NCBI GenBank assembly: GCA_039767755.1
Contig: JBDNBT010000157.1
Coordinates: 1 to 50,612 of the forward strand
Direction of reading: 5' to 3'
From: Sulfurovum sp.
GTDB lineage: Bacteria > Campylobacterota > Campylobacteria > Campylobacterales > Arcobacteraceae
DNA length: 50,612 nt
Made by a program: the position numbers and the translations under genes. Positions 21,277 through 28,779 of the stretch are shown one piece after another (within the stretch, counting starts at the first letter, position 1; each line of letters starts with the position of its first letter). The notes beneath the pieces were generated by a model. The model saw only the letters and a program-made list of their open reading frames with translations. It had not been told where the DNA came from and ran no database searches.

Positions 21277-21594
21277 ATGGCAGAATTTAATGGTGTTACA
21301 ATAGCCAAAGCTGCAAATATTCTTTTTGATGGAAACATTACAAGTAGAAGTATTAAACTTGAGGATGGTTCTAGTAAGACTTTAGGTATTATGTTACCAG
21401 GTGAATATCAATTAAACACTGTTCACAAAGAAATAATGGATATCCAAAGAGGTGAATTAGAATATAAGCTACAAGCTCAAGAGTGGGTTAAAGTTGAAGG
21501 ACCTGGATCGTTCGAAATTCCTGCTAACTCAAAATTTAAATTAAGAGTACATAGTCTAGTTGACTATTGTTGTTCTTTTATTAAAAATAAATAA
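21277..21594 (+). CDS. ppnP: pyrimidine/purine nucleoside phosphorylase (DUF1255, PpnP/YaiE family)
   Basis: 105 aa, alignable along its length to E. coli YaiE as I recall it (GEY...T...E.M....G, F.VP..S.F.L). Confidence 0.8.
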   Translation: MAEFNGVTIAKAANILFDGNITSRSIKLEDGSSKTLGIMLPGEYQLNTVHKEIMDIQRGELEYKLQAQEWVKVEGPGSFEIPANSKFKLRVHSLVDYCCSFIKNK

Positions 21595-21606
21595 TAAAAC
21601 TTTTAA

Positions 21607-21631
21607 AAGAAGACTTAATACAAGTCTTCTT
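21607..21631. terminator. bidirectional hairpin between ppnP and the NosL-like gene; the right arm overlaps the last codons and stop of the minus-strand gene
   Basis: 10-bp perfect stem AAGAAGACTT / AAGTCTTCTT with a 5-nt loop. T-rich runs follow on both strands. Confidence 0.6.
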
Positions 21632-22706
21632 CTTTTATCTCTTCAAACTTCAAAATCTTCTTACCAAAATGAGTATTTAAAAAGTTTTTAGCCTCTTTTT
21701 CTGTACTAAATGGAATTAATTCCTCACCCATTGGACCATAAACATTTGAACCAATTACATAGAAAGCTTTTTTTGCATTTACAGCTTCAAGTGTGTAATA
21801 GTTTGTTACTAAAATATCTTTAAAATCAATTTTATCATGAGCATGGGCAAATTTATTTGGATTGAAATAAAACTTCATCATATCTTTTACACCATCAAAA
21901 TAGTGTGCATGATCATCTTTTTTAATTAAAGCTACCCATTTAGGATATTTAGCAACAAACATTCCACACACAGGACATTTTGTATCTTCAGGTACTTTTA
22001 TACTTTTATCTTTTGGAGTAGCTAGTGCTTTGTTTGTTAAATAAATAGAAACTGCTTGTAGCATTTGTGGTTTTATTTTTCCACAAACCTTGTTATCAAT
22101 TAGGTATTGTTTAGTTTCACCAACAGATGCAAATTCTGTTTTTTGTGATTCTTTACACATAGTAGTGTAGATTTTTTTACCTTTTTTTGCCATTTTTCTT
22201 TTTTTATTTTCTAGTTTTGCCATGTCATCAAATACTGAATCTTTTGCAATTTTTAAGGCTTCATCAAAGGTTCTTATTTCACCTCCAAATTTACTTTGAA
22301 ACTTTTTTGCTTCATTTAGAGTTGAAAATGCATATTTACTTACAGGACTCATTGTTCCTTTTTTAGAACTTCCTACCACATAAGTTGCTTTTTTAGCATC
22401 AATAAACTGTAAAGAATTAGTATCCACTACTTGAATTAACTTTATTTTATCTTCAAATTGCGAGTGGATTTTTCCTTGACAATGAAGTGAACAATATTGT
22501 TCTTTATGTCCATTTTTAAACTCAGTTGCATGACTTGTTTTGTAAAACTTTGTTAAATGCATACCACATACATTACAAAACTCTTTACTTGAGTCTGTTT
22601 TAACAAGTGTAGCCTTATCTTTTGGTACAGATTGGAACATTTTCATCTCTTGTGCTAAAGAGATATTTGCTATTAATAGTAATCCTAAAAGTAAATTTTT
22701 TAGCAT
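21615..22706 (-). CDS. periplasmic tandem NosL-like (CxxCGM) protein
   Basis: 363 aa with signal peptide MLKNLLLGLLLIANISLA. Two copies of a module begin CNVCGMHL and CPVCGMFV and end in similar beta-rich segments (ATYVVGSS.. / AFYVIGSN..). Confidence 0.6.
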   Translation of the reverse strand: MLKNLLLGLLLIANISLAQEMKMFQSVPKDKATLVKTDSSKEFCNVCGMHLTKFYKTSHATEFKNGHKEQYCSLHCQGKIHSQFEDKIKLIQVVDTNSLQFIDAKKATYVVGSSKKGTMSPVSKYAFSTLNEAKKFQSKFGGEIRTFDEALKIAKDSVFDDMAKLENKKRKMAKKGKKIYTTMCKESQKTEFASVGETKQYLIDNKVCGKIKPQMLQAVSIYLTNKALATPKDKSIKVPEDTKCPVCGMFVAKYPKWVALIKKDDHAHYFDGVKDMMKFYFNPNKFAHAHDKIDFKDILVTNYYTLEAVNAKKAFYVIGSNVYGPMGEELIPFSTEKEAKNFLNTHFGKKILKFEEIKEEDLY

Positions 22707-22838
22707 TTTTTATCCTTATTTTAAATATTTTTTACTTTACTAAAAATTTGTTAATTTTGTGTTAAATTTTAGCTTGATACACTTAGTTATATTGTATATT
22801 ATTTATACATGGAACTATTTTTTATATAATAATTTTAA

Positions 22839-22846
22839 TGTACAAT
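22839..22846 (+). promoter_or_regulatory. candidate -10 region (TGTACAAT) 5 nt upstream of the ATG at 22852
   Basis: Sequence is aaTGTACAATgtattATG with no SD. The same ATGTACAAT+5 nt+ATG arrangement recurs at 49825..49841. Confidence 0.4.
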
Positions 22847-22851
22847 GTATT

Positions 22852-23640
22852 ATGACAAATAAAAATATGAAAAATAATTACTTAATTTTTAGTGACTTAG
22901 ATGGCACATTACTTGATCATGAAAACTATAGTTTTGAAAAAGCATTACCAATGCTTAACTACATTAAAACTCATAAAATACCACTTGTTTTAGTAACTAG
23001 TAAGACAAAAGATGAAGTGGTAAAACTTCAAAAAAAACTTGATTTAAATTATCCTTTTATCTGTGAAAATGGTGCTGGAATATTTATTCCTGATGGAAAT
23101 TCTTATGAAGTTATTGCTATGGGAAAACTATATGATGAAATTGTAGAAAAATTTGAAGAGTATTCAAAAGATTTCAAGATTAAAGGTTTTTCACAATTAA
23201 GTATAGATGAAGTAGCTTCTCTTACAGGATTAGATACTTTAAAAGCAAGTGAGGCAAAAGCTAGATATTTTACAGAACCATTTATTTTAAATGATGTATT
23301 TAAATTTAATGAACTTAAAAAAAGAGCAAATGATGATGGTCTTGATATTGTAAGAGGTGGTAGGTTTTACCATTTAATTACAAACGGTCAAGATAAAGCA
23401 AAAGCTATTTTGAAAGTAAAAGAATTTTATGAAAATAAATACAATAAAGACTATTACACAATAGCATTAGGTGATGGGCAAAATGATTTAACAATGTTAG
23501 ATGTTGTAAATCAAGGTATACTTATAAAAAGATATGACGGCACTTTTGTTGGATTCTTTAAAGATGGTTTGATAAAAACTAAATTAAGAGGTCCTGAGGG
23601 GTGGAATGAGTCATTACAAGGAATATTATGCCCACAATAG
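22852..23640 (+). CDS. HAD-IIB phosphatase, mannosyl/glucosyl-3-phosphoglycerate phosphatase family (GpgP/MpgP-like)
   Basis: HAD motifs FSDLDGTLLD, LVLVTSKT and LGDGQNDLTML. I moved the start from the track's GTG at 22759 to the ATG at 22852, because the first 31 codons are low-complexity and precede the conserved core. Confidence 0.75.
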   Translation: MTNKNMKNNYLIFSDLDGTLLDHENYSFEKALPMLNYIKTHKIPLVLVTSKTKDEVVKLQKKLDLNYPFICENGAGIFIPDGNSYEVIAMGKLYDEIVEKFEEYSKDFKIKGFSQLSIDEVASLTGLDTLKASEAKARYFTEPFILNDVFKFNELKKRANDDGLDIVRGGRFYHLITNGQDKAKAILKVKEFYENKYNKDYYTIALGDGQNDLTMLDVVNQGILIKRYDGTFVGFFKDGLIKTKLRGPEGWNESLQGILCPQ

Positions 23641-24911
23641 AAGAATATAAAACTTATTTCAACGAAATACTTTTTAATGTACAACCACAAAACCTTATTA
23701 AAAATAATTGTAACATCACTGATGAATTTATAGAGTTTGAAAATCAAAAAGTCTATTTTCCAAAAGACAAAAAAATAAAACTTTATGGTTCAGGTAAAGC
23801 AGTTTTAAGTATGGCAAAAGCCATATATGAAACTATACCTACAAAGATTGATAAGTCTATTTTAGTTGGAAATTATGAAAATGATTTAGAATATGAAAAT
23901 TTAACATACATAAAAGCAGGTCATCCACTTCCAAATGAGCAAAGTATAATTGCTGGAGAAACCCTCATAAATGAATTTAAAAGTCATGATAGTGATGATT
24001 TTTATATCTATTTACTATCAGGAGGAACTTCAGCTTTAGTAGAAAGTCCCTGTGAAGAAATCAGTTTAAAAGATTTTCAAGAAACTACTGATCTTATGCT
24101 AAAAAATGGAATGCCTATTGAAAGTATGAATAGTGTTAGAAAACATATTTCAGAAATTAAAGGTGGAAGATTAGCTGCATATTCAAGTGCAAGTGGTGTG
24201 GTTTTAGTTTTAAGTGATGTATTAGGTGATGATTTAGAAGCAATCGGATCTGCACCATTATATTATGATAAGACTACTTTTACTCAAGCTAAACTATCTT
24301 TACAAGATTACAATATCATCGATCAAGTTCCCTTTAGTGTTAGAAACTATCTTCAAAGGGGAATCAACGCTTCAGCTGATGAATCACCAAAATCAAACCC
24401 TAAAAATCTTGATTTCTTTTTGGTTGGAACAAACGATGTATTACTCCAAACTGCTCAAGACATACTTGCTAAAAATAACATTCAATCTGATATTTTAAGT
24501 AAAAAAATATCAAAAAATATAGACTATGAATTTGAAGAAATCATGAACTTAATTAGTAAAAGTGATGGTTGCTATATAATTGGTGGTGAAGCCACTGTAA
24601 ATGTCAGAGGAAACGGTAAAGGTGGAAGAAATCAGCATTTAGTACTAAAAATATTAAGTGAGTTTCCCAAAAATAAAGAATTACTTTTTCTAAGTGCAGC
24701 TAGTGATGGAATAGATGGAAACACAGATAGTGCAGGTGCTGTTATTGATAATAGTAGTCTAGCTTTAGCTAAAGAAAAAAATCTTAATATTGAAAAGTAT
24801 TTAAATAATTTTGATTCAAATACTTTTTTAGAACAAATTGATGCACTTTTAAAACCAGGTCCAACACACAATAATATTTTAGATTTAATTATCATAAAAA
24901 CACATACATAA
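23628..24911 (+). CDS. glycerate kinase, MOFRL/DUF4147 family (glycerate 2-kinase type)
   Basis: 427 aa with GSGKAVLSMAKA, AGHPLPNE, LLSGGTSAL, VRKHISEIKGGRLA, GGEATVNVRGNGKGGRNQH and SDGIDGNTDSAGAV. Overlaps the upstream gene by 13 nt. Confidence 0.85.
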   Translation: MPTIEEYKTYFNEILFNVQPQNLIKNNCNITDEFIEFENQKVYFPKDKKIKLYGSGKAVLSMAKAIYETIPTKIDKSILVGNYENDLEYENLTYIKAGHPLPNEQSIIAGETLINEFKSHDSDDFYIYLLSGGTSALVESPCEEISLKDFQETTDLMLKNGMPIESMNSVRKHISEIKGGRLAAYSSASGVVLVLSDVLGDDLEAIGSAPLYYDKTTFTQAKLSLQDYNIIDQVPFSVRNYLQRGINASADESPKSNPKNLDFFLVGTNDVLLQTAQDILAKNNIQSDILSKKISKNIDYEFEEIMNLISKSDGCYIIGGEATVNVRGNGKGGRNQHLVLKILSEFPKNKELLFLSAASDGIDGNTDSAGAVIDNSSLALAKEKNLNIEKYLNNFDSNTFLEQIDALLKPGPTHNNILDLIIIKTHT

Positions 24912-24933
24912 AACACAAATAAAGGAATTATAA

Positions 24934-26145
24934 ATGTCAGACTTTTTTCAAAATGGAGTTATAACTACTCTACAAAATCTAGGAAACAGAGAACTAGAGA
25001 ATATTGAAGATGAGTTATTAGAATTTTCAAAACGAAGAAGAATGGTATTGTTACTTCCTGCTTTGTACTCAGAGTTTCAAACTCCTGCTATGCATAAAAT
25101 TATTGAAGAATTAAAAGGTGTTAAATATCTTTATAAAATTATATTAGGTTTAGATCAAGCAACTAAAGAACAGTTTGAAGAAGTAAAAGAGTTAATGTCT
25201 GTATTACCATGTAAAGTTGATGTTTTATGGAATGATGGAACGAAAATAAAAGAGCTTTATGCAGAGCTTACTTCTGAAGGTTTTCCAGGTTTAGAAACAC
25301 CAGGTAAAGGAAGAAATGTATGGACTATGTTAGGGTATGGATTATCTGATAAAGATGCATATGCTTTTGCTTTACATGATTGTGATATTGTAAACTATTC
25401 AAGAGAAATTCCTGCTAGACTTTTTTATCCTATTGTTCATCCTGCTTTAGATTTTGAGTTTAATAAAGGATATTATTCAAGGGTGACTCAAAAACTACAT
25501 GGTAGAGCCACAAGACTTTTATATACTCCATTAATAAACTCTTTAAAAAGAATCTATGGAAACAGTAGATATTTAGAATATATGGAAAGTTTTAGATATG
25601 CACTTTCAGGAGAGTTTTCATTTGTAAGATCTTTAGGTAGAGGTATTGGTATCTCTCCCACATGGGGACTTGAAGTTTCAACTTTAAGTGAAGTTTATAA
25701 AAATACTTCAAACAGAAGAATTTGTCAAAGTCAAATTATGGAAACTTATGAACATAAGCATCAAGAACTAGGTTCTCAAAGTGAAAATAATGGTATTTAT
25801 AAAATGGCAAATGATATTGCCAAAACATTATTTAGGGTTATGGCACAAGAGGGAGTTGTATTTTCATCAGCTTCATTTAAAACTCTATTAACTACATATT
25901 TTCAAGAATCAAGATTTGAAATATCAAAATATAATGCCTTAAGTAAAATTAATGGTCTAGATTTTGATAGAGAAAAAGAAATTAAAGCAGTTGAAGCTTT
26001 TCAAGATGCTATAAAAGATGCTTCATTGGAGTTTGAAGAAGATCCTATGGGTGTATCATCATTGTCTTCGTGGACAACTGTAAGATCTGTTTTACCTGAG
26101 TTCTCAGATAAGTTTTATGAATTTGTAAAAAAGGATAACGAATGA
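24934..26145 (+). CDS. glycosyltransferase resembling glucosyl-3-phosphoglycerate synthase (GpgS-like, about 400-aa type)
   Basis: 403 aa with N-terminal FFQNGVITTLQNLG, DxD-like ALHDCDIV and RATRLLYTPL. Sugar specificity is inferred from the flanking phosphatase, phosphorylase and galU. Confidence 0.6.
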   Translation: MSDFFQNGVITTLQNLGNRELENIEDELLEFSKRRRMVLLLPALYSEFQTPAMHKIIEELKGVKYLYKIILGLDQATKEQFEEVKELMSVLPCKVDVLWNDGTKIKELYAELTSEGFPGLETPGKGRNVWTMLGYGLSDKDAYAFALHDCDIVNYSREIPARLFYPIVHPALDFEFNKGYYSRVTQKLHGRATRLLYTPLINSLKRIYGNSRYLEYMESFRYALSGEFSFVRSLGRGIGISPTWGLEVSTLSEVYKNTSNRRICQSQIMETYEHKHQELGSQSENNGIYKMANDIAKTLFRVMAQEGVVFSSASFKTLLTTYFQESRFEISKYNALSKINGLDFDREKEIKAVEAFQDAIKDASLEFEEDPMGVSSLSSWTTVRSVLPEFSDKFYEFVKKDNE

Positions 26146-27881
26146 TGCACATTTCAGACCCAAATCACACTATTAATAAAAGATTACATAAGTTATATCC
26201 AGAAGAAATAGCTTCAAAAGCTACTGAAAGTATAATTGATTTAATTTTTAAATACAAACAAAGAATAAAATCAACCCAATATCATTTAAGTCATAAAGAT
26301 ATAATTCTTATTACTTATGGTGATCAAGTTTCAAAAAGTCATGAAGCTAGTTTACATACTTTAAAAGAGTTTATGGATAATCACTTAAAAGGTGTAATTA
26401 ATTCTATACATATATTACCATTTTATCCTTATTCAAGTGATGACGGTTTTTCAGTTGTAAATTACAGTGCTGTTGATCCGCATATGGGTTCATGGAGAGA
26501 AATAGAACATATTTCAGGTGAATATAGACTTATGGTTGATGGGGTAATCAATCATATATCTCAATACTCAGATTGGTTTAAAGCTTTTTTATCAGGGGAT
26601 AAATACTTTGCAGATTTTTTTGTAGAGGTTGATCCTACTACAGATTTAAGTAAAGTAGTAAGACCAAGAGCAACACCACTTTTACATGAATATACAGATA
26701 ATGATGGAAAAATACATAATGTATGGACTACATTTTCTAAAGATCAAGTTGATCTAAACTATAAAAGTCATAAGGTTTTAAAAAACGTATTAGATGCACT
26801 TTTTTACTATATTGAAAAAGGTGCAACTTTAATAAGACTTGATGCGATTGCTTTTATATGGAAAGAAATAGGAAGTGAATGTGTTCATTTACCCCAAACT
26901 CATGAGTTAATTCAACTTATGCGTGATGTACTTCACGAAGTAGCCCCTGAAGTAATTATTATTACTGAAACAAATGTTCCACATCATGAAAACATTTCAT
27001 ACTTTGGAAGTGGTGATGATGAAGCACAAATGGTATACAATTTTGCACTTCCCCCATTACTTTTAAACTCCGTAATCCACTCAAATACTAAAAAACTAAC
27101 TGCATGGGCTAAAACTCTACAGTTACCATCAAATAAAGTTTGTTTCTTTAACTTTACAGCAAGTCACGATGGAATAGGGCTGAGACCTGTAAAAGGAATT
27201 TTAGATGATGCAGAGATTGATGATATTGTAAATAGAGTAAAAGAAAGTGGTGGTTTAGTTTCATATAGAGCAGAAGAAGATGGAACAAAAACACCATATG
27301 AATTAAACTGTAGTTATATTGATGCATTATCAAATCCAAAAGATGAACAAATCTTAAGGGTAAAAAGAATGTTAGTTACTCAAGCTACTGTTTTAGCAAT
27401 GCCTGGTGTTCCTGGAATATATTTTCATTCTTTAGTTGGTTCACAAAACTACCATGATGGTGTAAAACATACAGGAATTAATAGAACAATCAATAGAGAA
27501 AAATATAATATTGATTGGTTAGAAAAAGAGCTATCAACCTTAGGAAGTCTTGCTAAAACTATGTTTGATTCTTATAAAAGATTAATTTCTATTAGAACAA
27601 ATGAAGAAGCATTTAATCCTTTTGGTGAATTTGATTTCTTAGATTTAGATGATAGATTATTTATAATAGATCAAGCATGCAGCAAAAATGAATCAAGAAT
27701 AATAGCTATCAATAACTTTTCAAATGAATCTGTAAGTATTGAATTACCTGAGCATATAAAATTACCTTTATGTGATATTGTGAATTCAAATTGTGCGAAT
27801 TTTAATTATGAAAATGAGAAACAAGATAGAAATATTATTGTTGAGCCTTATCAAGTAATGTGGCTTAAGGGTAGTAAATAA
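26142..27881 (+). CDS. GH13_18 sucrose-phosphorylase-like glucoside phosphorylase (predicted glucosylglycerate phosphorylase)
   Basis: 579 aa with HILPFYPYSSDDGFSVVNY, LIRLDAIAFIWKE, IIITETNVPHHEN and FNFTASHDGIGLRP. The ATGA overlaps the upstream stop. Confidence 0.7.
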   Translation: MMHISDPNHTINKRLHKLYPEEIASKATESIIDLIFKYKQRIKSTQYHLSHKDIILITYGDQVSKSHEASLHTLKEFMDNHLKGVINSIHILPFYPYSSDDGFSVVNYSAVDPHMGSWREIEHISGEYRLMVDGVINHISQYSDWFKAFLSGDKYFADFFVEVDPTTDLSKVVRPRATPLLHEYTDNDGKIHNVWTTFSKDQVDLNYKSHKVLKNVLDALFYYIEKGATLIRLDAIAFIWKEIGSECVHLPQTHELIQLMRDVLHEVAPEVIIITETNVPHHENISYFGSGDDEAQMVYNFALPPLLLNSVIHSNTKKLTAWAKTLQLPSNKVCFFNFTASHDGIGLRPVKGILDDAEIDDIVNRVKESGGLVSYRAEEDGTKTPYELNCSYIDALSNPKDEQILRVKRMLVTQATVLAMPGVPGIYFHSLVGSQNYHDGVKHTGINRTINREKYNIDWLEKELSTLGSLAKTMFDSYKRLISIRTNEEAFNPFGEFDFLDLDDRLFIIDQACSKNESRIIAINNFSNESVSIELPEHIKLPLCDIVNSNCANFNYENEKQDRNIIVEPYQVMWLKGSK

Positions 27882-27905
27882 AATATATTTAGGAGTATAT
27901 AAAAA

Positions 27906-28760
27906 ATGAATGATAAAGAAATGATTACAAAGTGTTTATTCCCAGCAGCTGGATACGGAACTAGATTTTTACCTGCTACAAAAGCAATGCCTAAAGAAAT
28001 GTTACCTGTTTTAACTAAACCTTTAATTCAGTATGGAGTTGAAGAAGCTATTGAAGCTGGATGTGATGTAATGGCTACTATCACTGGTCGTGGAAAAAGA
28101 GCAATTACAGATCACTTTGATATATCATATGAATTAGAACATCAAATAAAAGGTAGTTCAAAAGAAACTATGTTAAGTGATATTAGAAAAATCATTGAGA
28201 AATGTACATTTACTTACACAAGACAAAATGAAATGAAAGGATTAGGTGATGCCATATACAAAGGTAAAACTTTAATTGGTGATAATTATCCTTTTGCAGT
28301 AATATTAGCAGACGACTTATGTGTAAATGAAGATGGTGATGGTGTATTAAAACAAATGGTTAAGCTATATGAAAAATACAAGTGTTGTATAGTTGCTTGT
28401 ATGGAAGTACCTAAAGAAGATGTACATAAATATGGTGTTATAGAAGGTAAACCTATGGAAGAAGGTGTTCATGTGGTATCAAATATGATAGAAAAACCTG
28501 ATAATGATAAAGCCCCATCTAACTTAGCTGTAATAGGAAGATATATTTTAACTCCTGAAATTTTTGAAGTAATTAAAGATACAAAACCTGGTAAAAATGG
28601 TGAATTACAAATCACAGATGCCCTATGTACTCAAGCTAAAAATGGCATGGTTTTAGCTTATAAATTTAAAGGTAAAAGATTTGATTGTGGTAGTGTAGAT
28701 GGCTTTGTTGAAGCTACTAATTACTTCTATAATTTAGATAAAAAGAAAAAGAAAAAATAA
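27906..28760 (+). CDS. galU: UTP--glucose-1-phosphate uridylyltransferase
   Basis: 284 aa with FPAAGYGTRFLPATKAMPKEMLPV, YGVIEG, MIEKP and IGRYILTPEIF. SD AGGAG. Confidence 0.92.
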   Translation: MNDKEMITKCLFPAAGYGTRFLPATKAMPKEMLPVLTKPLIQYGVEEAIEAGCDVMATITGRGKRAITDHFDISYELEHQIKGSSKETMLSDIRKIIEKCTFTYTRQNEMKGLGDAIYKGKTLIGDNYPFAVILADDLCVNEDGDGVLKQMVKLYEKYKCCIVACMEVPKEDVHKYGVIEGKPMEEGVHVVSNMIEKPDNDKAPSNLAVIGRYILTPEIFEVIKDTKPGKNGELQITDALCTQAKNGMVLAYKFKGKRFDCGSVDGFVEATNYFYNLDKKKKKK

Positions 28761-28779
28761 ACTATAGAAAGAAACTAAA

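Noticed and set aside
22759-22851. GTG-initiated 31-codon N-terminal extension of the phosphatase ORF in the track.
   Set aside because: It is low-complexity (Y/N/I/L-rich), has no SD, and precedes the conserved HAD motif I by more than is usual. The ATG at 22852 with an adjacent -10 box is a better start.
28738-28760. A-rich tract (aaaaagaaaaagaaaaaa) encoding a poly-Lys tail at the galU C-terminus, a possible slippage or phase-variation site.
   Set aside because: The tract is interrupted by G every 5-6 bases and sits at the extreme 3' end, where a frameshift would barely change the protein. I saw no long homopolymeric G/C tracts of the kind used for phase variation in Campylobacter anywhere in the window.
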